Shown one piece after another: positions 1 through 10,961 of a DNA stretch of 64,000 nt. How positions within the stretch are numbered: position 1 is the first letter of the stretch; every line of letters starts with the position of its first letter. The position numbers and the translations under genes are program-made. Location: contig OX597814.1 of the NCBI GenBank assembly GCA_951406725.2, forward strand, positions 139,872,001 through 139,936,000. Direction: 5' to 3'. Source of the DNA: Octopus vulgaris. Taxonomy: Eukaryota. The notes below the pieces were generated by a model. The model was not told the DNA's origin and did not search any database. It saw only the letters and a list, made by a program, of their open reading frames with translations.

Positions 1-366
1 TTACAGCTATGTTCCAAGTCAAATCAATTGAAAAGAAGAATTACATTGGTTTATGTGAGAGTGAAGTCAAGAGATGTTACGCAAACCACCTATTTTCTTT
101 CCGGCATATTGATAAAAATAATGGAACTATGTTGGCTAGTTGCATATTAAATCTAAAGCGCTGCTCCACACCACATACAATTAAGTGGAGAATGGCAGAG
201 AAATCCAAGCCATATGTTAATGGATCTAAAAAATGCAACTTATGCATTATTAAAAAGGATTTAATATTCTTCTTAGATCCATCAATTCCAACACACTGCT
301 TAATTCAAGATCTGAAATTTTTAGCAGGTGTAGATACATGGACAGGTTCCTTTTATTAAATTGGAG
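1..366 (+). mobile_element. Penelope-like retroelement remnant, C-terminal GIY-YIG endonuclease region (frameshifted)
   Basis: ORF 9-359 reads YIGLCESEVKRCYANHLFSFRH...IKWRMAEKSKPYVNGSKKCNLC; a shifted frame from ~297 reads LLNSRSEIFSRCRYMDRFLL. This matches the YIG...H..SF...W....Y..GSK.CNLC...LNKRSE....CRH..KFLL tail typical of Penelope-like elements. Confidence 0.75.
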
Positions 367-870
367 GGTACCACCTGCTCTGGATTGAGTTATTGTCTCA
401 CAGACATTGACATATTTTCTGTTATTTTGTTCTATACCAGTTATATTAATGAGTTTTCTGCAATCAGGGAGGAAGAGGATCCTAGTTTTCTTGATTTCCT
501 TTTTGTTTTCTTGTTCTATTTTTTGCATCAGTCTTCTTCACATTTTTTCCATGCTTTTTCTTATTTTCTTACTACCCATTGACCTTGTTTTTAAAATATA
601 TATAATGCATAAACAGAGCCTGAAAGATTGCTTTAAGATACATGCATATTTTATAAATATGCCTGTTCAAGTATCATAAAGGCATGAAGCTCTTTCAGTT
701 GTGTATTTAGATTGATATTTATCTCTCACTGGATAGAGTACTTTCTCTTTGTTGATTCTACCTCTGTTGGATCTGTAAAGTATACTCACACACACACAGA
801 AATAAGCACATAAAATGCAAAACAAGTTGGAAAAAATGGTACTTGAATACCAAAGGTAGAGTAATATTCT

Positions 871-995
871 TTTTTATTAAAGCTGCAAAAAATCACAAAA
901 CTGTTACTCAGAGTTTCCTGTTTCCATTCATCAATGAACAGAAATGTGAAACTCTGAGTAACAGTTTTGTGATGTTTTTGCAGCTTTAATAAAAA
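871..995. repeat. Inverted repeat (~47-bp arms) made of two head-to-head degenerate hammerhead halves
   Basis: 871-917 is the reverse complement of 948-995 apart from an indel; both strands read ATGA-stem-GAAACTCTGAGTAACAG. Confidence 0.8.
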
Positions 996-1060
996 GGTGT
1001 CTATATATATATATATATTACACTTGTAAATTATAAAACATAACTGTCATCGCTACTACA

Positions 1061-1105
1061 TGAACCTGAAGATTACATAGTTTAATGCATGAAAGTACTA
1101 GTTCA
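1061..1105 (+). ncRNA. Minimal type I hammerhead ribozyme motif, core intact
   Basis: Stem I TGAAC/GTTCA; CTGAAGA 1066-1072; stem II TACAT/ATGCA (one mismatch); GAAA 1091-1094; palindromic stem III AGTACT; predicted cleavage after CUA (1100). Confidence 0.7.
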
Positions 1106-1206
1106 GTCAGAATGGACATTTAATATTCTATCATTTCATTATATTATATTATTATAGGATTATAAATAAAATGTGAAGATCAAACCAAGTTGGAATTTCT
1201 TTGCAT

Positions 1207-1606
1207 ACTGCAGTGCTTGAAGAGACCTATTGAGTCAAGTACATCAACATCAAAATAAAACTCAAATGGAAATTGTAGTTGTGATACCCGTGCCGGTGGC
1301 AAGTAAAAAGCACCATCCGAACGTGGCCGATGCCAGCACCGCCTTGACTGGCTTCCATGCCGGTGGCATGTAAAAAAGCACCAGCCGATTGTGGCCATTG
1401 CCAGCCTCCCCTGGCCCCTGTGCCGGTGGCACGTAAAAAGAACCCACTACACTCACGGAGTGGTTGGCGTTAGGAAGGGCATCCAGCTGTAGAAAACACT
1501 GCCAGATCAGGCTGGAGCCTGGTGCAGCCTCCTGGTTTCTCAGACCTCAGTCAAACCATCCAAACTATGCTAGTATGGACAACAGACGTTAAATGATGAT
1601 GATGAT
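1207..1606 (+). mobile_element. SINE family C (internal GTGGCACGTAAAAGCACC repeats, GAT-repeat tail)
   Basis: Shares GAGTGGTTGGCGTTAGGAAGGGCATCCAGC...GCTAG(C/T)ATGGA...(GAT)n with 27768-28168 and other copies. Confidence 0.75.
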
Positions 1607-1664
1607 ATATATATACACATGCATGCATGCATGTATCCATCTATCTGTCGATCTATCATTAACA

Positions 1665-2023
1665 TATTTCATTCATTAGACTGCAGCCTTGGAGAATCTT
1701 ACTAAAATGAATCAACCCCATCACTTATTTTCTTTGTGAAGCTAGTGGTGTTCAACTGGTCTCTTTTACTGAACTGCTAAGTTATGGGAATGTAAACATA
1801 CCAACACTGGTTGACAAAGTCATGCACACACACACACACATATATATGTATGTATGTGTATGTGTATATATATACATACATACACACAGTGGACTTCTTT
1901 CAGTTTCCATTTATCAAATCCTCTCACAAGGCTTTGGTCTGCCTGAGGTGCCATGCAGTGGGACTGAACTCAGAACCATGTAGTTAGGAGGTAAACTTTT
2001 TAGCACATAGCTATGTCTGCACC
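1665..2023 (-). mobile_element. SINE family A (tRNA-derived head, CORE-like centre)
   Basis: Reverse complement of the family A head (GGTTCTGAGTTCAGTCCCACTGCATGGCACC...CAAAGCCTTGTGAG) seen at 62247-62386. Confidence 0.7.
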
Positions 2024-2563
2024 TATTGATTATTAATGGTACAAAGCTGTATTTATATATATATATATATCAAGCGCATGCATTTACAATTCCTTCCATA
2101 TTCCTTATATATTTCACTATGAGCATTTGGCTGTTGAATATATTACAATGACAGCTGCTGTGTACAGCATATTGCAAACATTATAAGAAAAGTAGTGTAA
2201 GATAAGATCTCATTCATTTTGCTGCATGTAGCTGTAAGCTATCCTGGGCTCACTTCACTTTATTTCATTGCACACAACTAATAGGTCAGTTGTTCTTCAA
2301 TAACCAATTCTCAAAATCCTGCTTACAAAAGTGTGTTGAATTTAATAACCAGCAATTCTCTTATTATCAAACAGCTGAAAATGTTTATATTTTTACTTCC
2401 TGCTGTGATCATGGTATTCAGATCATTTATAGTCATTCTACATTGTTTTTTTTTATTATTATTTGACTCACATTTACTTCTTTACATATGTACTTCTCCA
2501 TCCACACTATCATCCATTCTACAAATACGCTAGCCTCACACTTCACTTTATATTGGAGGTTAA

Positions 2564-2959
2564 TCTCTCTCTATATATATATAAAGCTGAAGTTGTCTAT
2601 GTATGGCAGGTTTGGTAGCCATCAACTAACACTATCTCCTCCGAGACCCTGTAGCGCAAGTTGACCAAAATTGAGAGTATGATAGAAGAAGGCTTGCTAT
2701 TCCTTCTGTAGAAGAAAAAATTCAAATCGGACCATGTTAACACCAAAAATTATTTACATCAAAAAGGTGCTTTTTTTCTTTGAAAATCCCTATTTTTTAC
2801 GATTTTTTGACTGCTGTGTCACCATTTTTCGGTGTCTTTCAACCAGAAAAATGTTCACTTAGAGAATAACAAGCTACATAATGCAAAACTTTTACTTTTC
2901 AAAAATTCCAATTCTAAAGGGTTGAAACAAACCCGAGCAATACCGGGCAGTGCTGCTAG
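2564..2959 (+). mobile_element. Non-autonomous Helitron
   Basis: Starts A|TCTCTCTCTATATATATATAAA; ends with GC hairpin CCCG-AGCAATAC-CGGG (2932-2947) then CTAG|T; inserted between A and T with no TSD. Confidence 0.75.
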
Positions 2960-4106
2960 TTTTTAAATAAATTGCTCTGATGGTCTGGTTAACTATGTAT
3001 TGGTTATGTATTGGTTATCCTTCTGCTTTTCCCCACTTTCATCAATTCCCCTCTAGTCTGCTGATTTGCTGCTATACTCTAAATCTATCTAATACAAAGC
3101 TATATCTTTGCCTCTGTTGAAATCCATTATATCTTTACTGTTTTGATTTATCATTTTATTTATTCTCTCCCTGCACTTCTACATTCTATGTTATTATTGT
3201 TTACTCTCTCTTTCCCCCTCCCTCCCAATACCTACTCTCCTGATAACTTTATTAATATGCAATCATTTATAAGTTTGCTCTCTCAGAAGAGAAGGTAGTT
3301 GCTATAGCCTTAATGAATGTATCTCGTCTAGTGGCTCGAATTACTACAGATCACAAATGGTAAGTTTAGAGTTGAAGGGGACAGCTGAGCCCAGTAAAAC
3401 AATTACTCTAGTGATGGTATCCTGATAAAACATTATGGGTACCATTTTTATGGCAGTTACTCTCTAGAAGACTAAACAAGTGATTAAAATCATCCATCAA
3501 ACTCTGCAATCCCAAAGTGTTTTGCCTATAGCCATCTTGCAATAGTACAGTCAAAGAACACTGCACATACTTCTTGGAGGGTGTCCCCTATCATGGCAAT
3601 GTTTATAAGGCTACCATAACAAAAAGGGATGTCATCACACAGCAGTCAAACTGCCCTACCTTCCTACCAATGTACTGATTCTTCTCTAGCATCTTTTTGT
3701 AATCACCTTATCCACCATTCTTCAACCAACATAATTGTGTTGACAGCAAATCCATGGTAAAAGCCTTGATATTAGCTGGCTGCTTTGCCTTCAACTCTAT
3801 ACTGCATGCATTTCCAAATTCTTCTCTCCACACTCTAGCTTCACCATCATGTATACATAGTTGCTTAGTTTGAAAACGCCTAATTACTCCAAACCAGTAA
3901 AATAATAGCTGTCAACAGTATTCCTTTGATAACCCTCAAACAATATTTCTCTTACTACAAGAATCTTCTTATACTTCTTATCTTTTGCAATAACACTTGT
4001 AAATATCATCTCTTTTTTTCCACACATCAAAAGCATAGCAGGTAGGAATGTGCTTACATTCTTATATATCCTTTTACAGCTGGGCTTTCTAACTTCTAAA
4101 TTTATT

Positions 4107-4515
4107 AGGTGCAGGCATGGACATGTGATTAAGAAGTTTCCTTCCAACCAATGCTTCTGGATTCAGTCCCACTGCATAACACCTTGAGCAAGTGTCTTTT
4201 ACTATAGCACTGAGCTGGCCAAAATCGTAAAAGTGAATTTGGTAGATGGAAACTGAAAGAAGAAAACTTCCCTGTGTGTGTGTTCTTGCCTTTACATTGT
4301 GTGATAGTTGTAGATGAGTATCACTGCTATACATGTAGGGTTATTCATTTCCAGTATTTTGTGTAAACATGTCTGACCATGGGGAAATATTACTTTGCTT
4401 GAAACAGGTGATCATTGGTGAGAGGAAGTGCATCTGGCTGTAAAAAAATCTGCCTGAACAAATTCCATCTGACCCATGCAAGTATGGAAAAGTGTACATT
4501 AAAATGATGATGATT
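4107..4515 (+). mobile_element. SINE family A
   Basis: tRNA-like head with B-box-like GGATTCAGTCCC, CCTTGAGCAAGTGTCTT centre, GAT tail. Confidence 0.75.
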
Positions 4516-5178
4516 GATATGGTGTACTTCAATCCTGAATTAGGCTGTATTATACATAAAAATATGCATGCACACATTTGCAAGTGAAAAGAGAGTATGC
4601 TCTCATGTTCCCATTGAAAAAATGTTTGCAAGGTCATTCTCTCACAGATAATGGCTTTGTAATATTTAAATTTATTTCACTCCTGGTTTGCACTGTATTG
4701 TGTATTAAACACACACCCACACACAAACAATTATTAGTCGGAAAAAAGAGACTATACTCTCATGTTCCTTTTTAAAAATGTTCACAGCAAATCACTTTCT
4801 AATATTAAAGATTTATTTCTGTCCTTCTGAATCATGCCTTGTTATATATAAAATATATATTGTTTAATTAAGGATGAGTCATCAAAAGCACAAATATGAA
4901 AGTAAGCTAATCCAAACTAGTCATAACTTAACTTATGACTGTTTTGTATATGTGAATGTTCTATACGATTGATTGGAGGTTGGACACATCTTCTCAGAGG
5001 AACAGTTAACAAGATGTGAAACAATTGGGAGACTCCCTCTTTTTTCTGAATATCAAAAGCATACAAGAAATATGTTGACATTTTTATGTACACTTTCAAA
5101 GCTAAACATTCTGACACACACACACACACAACTAGTATTTAGGCATGGAAGAGATAGTAACATATGTGTGTGTGTGTG

Positions 5179-5208
<30 letters not shown>

Positions 5209-5209
<1 letters not shown>

Positions 5210-5719
5210 TAGGTTGAGGAAAAAGTTCATGCACTGTGTTAAAATAATGCTTTTTTATATGATGCAACTTGATCGGGTTTACGATGCACAGGTTGAAAAG
5301 TACCCAAGATTTGTTTGTCAAAAATGTGCTTTGTTTCAACAAGACAATGCAAAGCTGCATACCGCCGGAACAACCAGCAATAAGATTGAAGAATTGGACA
5401 GTGTGGAAGTTCTGCCACATCCAGTCTATAGTCCAGACGTTGCTCCATCTGACTATGGTCTCTTCCAGTCAATGCAGCACTTTATGAAAGGTTGCCGATT
5501 TGAGTCATTCGATGAAGATGAAGAAGCCTGTCAAGAATTTTTCAACTCAAAGCCAAAGGATTGGTACTTTAAGCAAATCTGAAAGCATGCAGATCACTAG
5601 CAGAAGGTTGTGGAAAATGATGGTCTTCATTTTGAAGAATAGTTGTTTTTGAATAAATTCTTGCATAAAAAAATCAATCATTATTTTAACATAGCACACA
5701 GACTTTTTCCTCAACCTAG
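5209..5719 (+). mobile_element. Internally deleted mariner (DD34D) transposon
   Basis: ~41-bp imperfect TIRs (TTAGGTTGAGGAAAAAGT / ACTTTTTCCTCAACCTAG), TA flanks; residual ORF contains QQDNA...HPVYSPDVAPSDYGLF, the mariner catalytic C-terminus. Confidence 0.9.
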
Positions 5720-6920
5720 TATTATATATATATTACTATCTCTTCCATACCAAAGTTCTAGTTTTATTGCCTGCAACCTACCCTCTTGTTTTCCCTTTAA
5801 AGCATCTTGTCTGCTAAACAATCTCATTGGTCATTTGACTTAGCTTTTTCCAATTAGCATTTTACTGTGGCCAAATTAGTGAGTCATTCAATCTTCTCCC
5901 TGCAATGACATAACAAACCACAGGTTACTGGACCTGAGGATTAGCTGAACTGTTTTTGTATGTGTTACGAGTTATGTAAGACAAAAAGTTTAGCTTTGAA
6001 ATATATGTAGTCTTTATTTACCTTTTCTATTCTTTACATTCTTTGATTTATATATATATATATATATGCATATTAATTACTGATTGATGTGGTGGGGGTA
6101 AACCAGCATATGCTGTTGGACCCGCTGTTGATGTCGGTGGTTGCATTCTATGCCTTGACTTGAGCATAGAATGGGGCTCACCCCTTTGAGCTGGGAAGTG
6201 ACTGGAATTCCTGGTGTGTGTGTCTTGCTGTGGCCACCCCTCTCCTAAAAAAATGGTGAATGGGCCTGAGTATATATATATATATGTATTAATTGCTGAT
6301 ATGATAAATAGCAAGATTTTAATACTGTAATTGCTTTATAAAGGAAATCTGTTGTAGTCGTACAACTTTTAGCTGATATTGTAAATGTATTAAGAAGGCA
6401 GTTAGCAGAAAAACGAAATATGTGAGGGACAAGTTTTAACAAATATTTCATTCGTTTAATATTTACTGTTTATGTAATTTAACATACAAGACTACTGTGA
6501 ACAAATGCCTGTACAGTCTTTCTATGGACAGATAACTGAAAGCTTTTATGGTTCGCAATATGCGTCCCAAATAAGACCAAAACTGGTTGGAGTGATACTT
6601 CTTTTTCTGCCCATTGATTCTATAGATTTTTATTGACATTTATATTTATTTACCCAGTGCATCAAATTACACACTCAGTGTCAGCTAAAAGTTGAACTAC
6701 TAAAATAGATATGCTCTATAGTACAATTACAATGTATGTGTGTGTGTGTGTGTGTGTTTAATTTCCATTATGATCAACCACTTTTTTATCCAACTACATA
6801 CCATTATTTTGAAAAGTAATTACCCAATCAGCTTTCAATATTTATTTGATGAGTTGGTAATTATGAATACTGATAAGTACTTATAAATTAAAGTTTTTTA
6901 TGTTGCTCTGAAAATTCATG

Positions 6921-6960
6921 ACTGTCTAATGAATGGTTACACAAAACTCTGAGTAACAGT
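6921..6960 (+). ncRNA. Degenerate hammerhead motif (same family as 871-995)
   Basis: ACTGT-CTAATGA-...-AAAACTCTGAGTA-ACAGT; two core G-to-A changes. Confidence 0.45.
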
Positions 6961-7499
6961 TTGTGAAGTGTTTTTTAACTTTGACAAAATAGCATGTATA
7001 TGTGTGCGCGCGCGTGTGTGTGTGTATTCATACACACACATGTGTAGGTAAACATACATGTGAAGGAATTTATTAACTTCATCAAGCAATTTATCTCATA
7101 TTAGAAATACTTATTCAGAGAATAATAGCTTAAACAGCTGTGTCTCCTAAGAATATTCCTTAGGCAAACTCAATATGAGATTGTCTGGCAAGTTTGGGCT
7201 GCCAAATCACAAGCACAGTCCACCTGTTGGATTCCATACACTTTCCATTTCCCTCACAAGGCTTGGTTTCACCTAAGATTATGGTAGGAAAGATTTACTC
7301 CAGGTGCCACATAGAAAGATGGAAACTGCAAGTAGTTGATTGCAAGCTGAACTTTTTTACAACACAGGCAGATGCTCAAATACATACATATATACATACA
7401 TATAAACATACACACATATGTACATACATATGTACACATGCATGCACACTCCTGATGAGGAAATGCTGAACTGGAGCTTAGAAAGGATGTGAAGTATTG

Positions 7500-7960
7500 C
7501 AAAACATATTGTTACTTAGGAAACATGTTCAATGGTGAAGGTGGATTGGACAGGGTGATGGTGGCTAAACTGAAACGAAATCCTAGGAATTGAGTTGCAT
7601 ACTAAGAAGAGTGTTGTTCAGACTGAAAGGAAAGGTGTGTTGTGTATCTGTGTGAGTAGAGCTATGATTTATAGCATTGAATGTGGAATAACGGAGAAGG
7701 CTGGAAAGAATGGAAATGAGAATGTGTCAGAGAATGAGCAGTGGATTATTGACAAAGAGAAAGACAAACGATGATAATATGGAGAATGATGAAAATATAG
7801 CCAGAAATAGATACTATGAAGAGAAATGGGATGAAATGGCTAAATCATGTGCTGCAGAAGAATGGCAGTGACTGGAGGAGTGGAGTAATGAAAATGAACA
7901 TGGAAAGGGGTAGAGGGAGAAAAAGACTGAGAAAGCTGTGAGTAAAGAAGAGGAGGGCAA
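7500..7960 (+). mobile_element. RTE-clade LINE remnant (post-RT region)
   Basis: Broken frames give CYLGNMFNGEGG, RLKGKV, SRAMIYSIE, RRLERMEMRM, KWLNHV, GRGR, collinear with the RTE C-terminal motifs. Confidence 0.6.
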
Positions 7961-8351
7961 AGAGGATGTAGAAGATAGGGCAAAATGAAGATGATTCTTG
8001 GGACCCACAATGCTAACCTTTGTTTTAGCAAGGAAAATGGACTTGGAATGCTTGTACTTTTTTTGCTTCCATTTTTGTAAACTCATATACACGAGATCTT
8101 CGCAATGTAACCTGCTGGCTATAAATTGTTTTCAACGCTTTTGTTTTGAATTTCCTGGTGTCAATTTAGTCTTGGTGAACTAGTCAGGATGCTTCTATAT
8201 AATCAAGGATTTTTAAAATTTAACAGCAGTATTTCCCTAATCAAACCACTTGGAATATTTCAAACAAGAACTTCAAGTCTTAAATTTGAAGAACATGTCT
8301 ACTCTTACATATAAGATACATTACTATCTCCCCTCACATACATATGCACAT

Positions 8352-8477
<126 letters not shown>

Positions 8478-8626
8478 CTTTCATGCATCCTCTAATGAAA
8501 AAAGACAAGCTTTTCTTTGCTAATTAAATCACATGCCATTTACTTATTGGAAATACTCATTACTCTCCTAAACAACCTCATATTTATTAGTTTCTTTTAC
8601 TACTACTACTACAACTGCTGCTGCTG

Positions 8627-8662
<36 letters not shown>

Positions 8663-9016
8663 TTTGTTTTGAACATCACGAATATATTATTTGCAATGAG
8701 AAAACTCAAGTAAATTGCCACAACTTGGTTCTGGAAAGCGAATCACATCTTATACACATAATTTTATGTGAATAAGAAATAAAAGCTTGGTGAATTTTTA
8801 ATATTTTTTTCATGTAGAAAATTGAGTAACAATTAGGCTATAAATACATAATACTGTATCAAAATACTTGACTTGTTATAAGGGATCCCTTTGCATATAT
8901 CTACTTATTACCTATGTGTTTATACAACAAAAGATAATCAGTGTTAATAGTTGGTGGAGGTTTGTTTTCCATAGGTCTGCAAATGAGATTTGTATACATG
9001 AGTGTGTGTGTATGTG

Positions 9017-9055
<39 letters not shown>

Positions 9056-9654
9056 TTATGCATATGTTTGTATGTGCATGTGTGTGTTTGTTTCCTACCA
9101 CCAATGTTTAACAACGGGTATTAACTTGATTATATCACTGTCACTTAGTTACAGGGTTGTAAAACAACCTAATAAGTTTTTTTAAAAAAATAAGCTCTAA
9201 GGTCAACTTCTTCAAGTAAACATTTCAAAGCAGTGCCCTAGCATGGTTGCAGTCCAAAGACAAAAACAAATGAAAGAAGATAGAAAATTTTACTACTGAT
9301 GCATATGTTGCTCTGTATAAACAAACATGAATTTATTGATTTACTCGGGTTATTTGCATTAACATATTTATGGTGTGAGAAAATTGGGAAGTTTCCTGCC
9401 TTCCAGATAATTAAATTGCAATTACTGTGAAATAAAATAAGACACTATTATAAATATAAAGAATAAAAGAACAAAAAGATCATCTCAGTTGAATGTTATT
9501 AAATTAACATAAAATTTTAATACTTTCAAAATATTTAAAATTGAAACCGCCAATGAGTGGTAAGGTACAAAGCTACAAGCCTTTTTATCCAGTGATTGGA
9601 AAGATAATGATTAAGACTATTTGATAAATGATTAAGGCAGTGAGCTGGCAGAAT

Positions 9655-10052
9655 TTGATTCTTTATTGCCCACAAGGGGCTAAACATAGAGGGGACAAAC
9701 AAGGACAGACAAATGGAATAAGTCGATTACATCGACCCCAGTGCGTAACTGGTAATTATTTAATCAATCCCGAAAGGATGAAAGGCAAAGTTAACCTCGG
9801 TGAAATTTGAACTCAGCACGTAGCGGCAGACAAAATACCTATTTCTATTTCTTTACTACCTAACACAGAGAGGACAAACAAGGACAGACAAACAGATTAA
9901 GTCGATTATATCGACCCCAGTGCGTAACTGGTACTTATTTAATCGACCCCGAAAGGATGAAAGGCAAAGTTAACCTCGGCAGAATTTGAACTCTGAATGT
10001 AGTGGCAACCAAAATACCATTAAGTATTTCACCCAGTGTACTAACGATTATA
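9655..10052 (-). mobile_element. Two tandem antisense copies of SINE family B
   Basis: ACAAACAAGGACAGACAAA...ATCGACCCCAGTGCGTAACTGG...CGAAAGGATGAAAGGCAAAG occurs twice; reverse complement of 42351-42588. Confidence 0.85.
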
Positions 10053-10056
10053 CCAG

Positions 10057-10395
10057 CAGTGCTGGATTAACCATTAAGCAAAGCAAGCACGTGCTTAAAG
10101 CATCAAGGTAAGTGGATACTACAGAAATGGTAAATAGTTTACAATACAAAAAAAATCACTTTAAAGTTGCTAAAATAATATTCGAGGTATAGAAGCAGAT
10201 GTGTTTCATCAGATTAATTTTCAGGAGCTGATCAAAGACTGCAATTAAAAAAAAAGTGGGAGAAAACTTTTCAAATATAAGTGAAGTGGAAGTAAACAAA
10301 AATAAACATTATTTTCCATCTTACTGTTAGTTTCGATTCATTTTGAAAAATAAAAATTTATATTATGTTTTATTATATTGTTTATATTTTGAATT

Positions 10396-10433
<38 letters not shown>

Positions 10434-10488
10434 AGGCACCAAAATCTTTTAAGTGCGTAGGGCCTCTCTGGATCTTAATCCAGCTCTG
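10057..10488. mobile_element. hAT-type MITE
   Basis: 14-bp TIRs CAGTGCTGGATTAA / TTAATCCAGCTCTG; imperfect 8-bp TSD TATACCAG / CATGCCAG; internal IEADVFHQINFQELIKD resembles a hAT dimerisation-domain tail. Confidence 0.7.
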
Positions 10489-10680
10489 CATGCCAGGCAA
10501 AATGCTTGACAGCATTTCATCCATCTTCATGTTCTGAGTTTAGATTCCACCAAAGTGGACTTTGCTTTTCATCCTTTTGGGGTCAGTGTAATAAGTACCA
10601 GTTGTGTACTGGGACTTGATGTTATCATCTTACCCTCTGCCCCCAAATTCCTGCCCTTGTGTCAAAATTTGAAATCAGTA
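10489..10680 (+). mobile_element. SINE family B, 3' part of the copy whose head is at ~9633-9654
   Basis: GCAAAATGCTT...GTTCTGAGTT...CTTTGCTTTTCATCCTTTTGGGGTC continues the AAGGCAGTGAGCTGGCAGAA head. Confidence 0.7.
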
Positions 10681-10727
10681 TTTGAGAATAATATCGAGAC
10701 CACCACTGCCACTTCCCCCTGCCCATC

Positions 10728-10893
10728 TCTTCTTCTTCTTCTTCTTCTTCTTCTTCTTCTTCTTCTTCTTCTTCCTTCTTCTCCTCCTCCTCCTCCTCCT
10801 TCTTCTTCTTCTTCTTCTTCCCCTCCTCCCCCTCCTCCTCCTCTTCTTCTTCTTCTTCTTCTTCTTCTTCTTCTTCTTCTTCTTCTTCTCCTT

Positions 10894-10960
<67 letters not shown>
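10728..10960. repeat. Compound trinucleotide microsatellite (CTT)/(CCT)/(ATT)
   Basis: Read directly; produces the poly-L/S/P/I and poly-F ORFs. Confidence 0.95.

Positions 10961-10961
<1 letters not shown>

Noticed and set aside
3287-3359. 73-nt AG...GTAAGT exon-like segment, open in two frames
   Set aside because: No recognisable protein, no partner exons, and it lies next to what looks like decayed retroelement sequence.
3480-3850. Possible RTE endonuclease remnant (minus strand)
   Set aside because: Only scattered residues fit; too degraded to call by eye.
7452-7500. CTGATGAG hammerhead-like start
   Set aside because: No convincing stem II, stem III or closing stem I.
10195-10242. TTTCATCAG ribozyme-like motif
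   Set aside because: Better explained as hAT transposase coding remnant inside the MITE.
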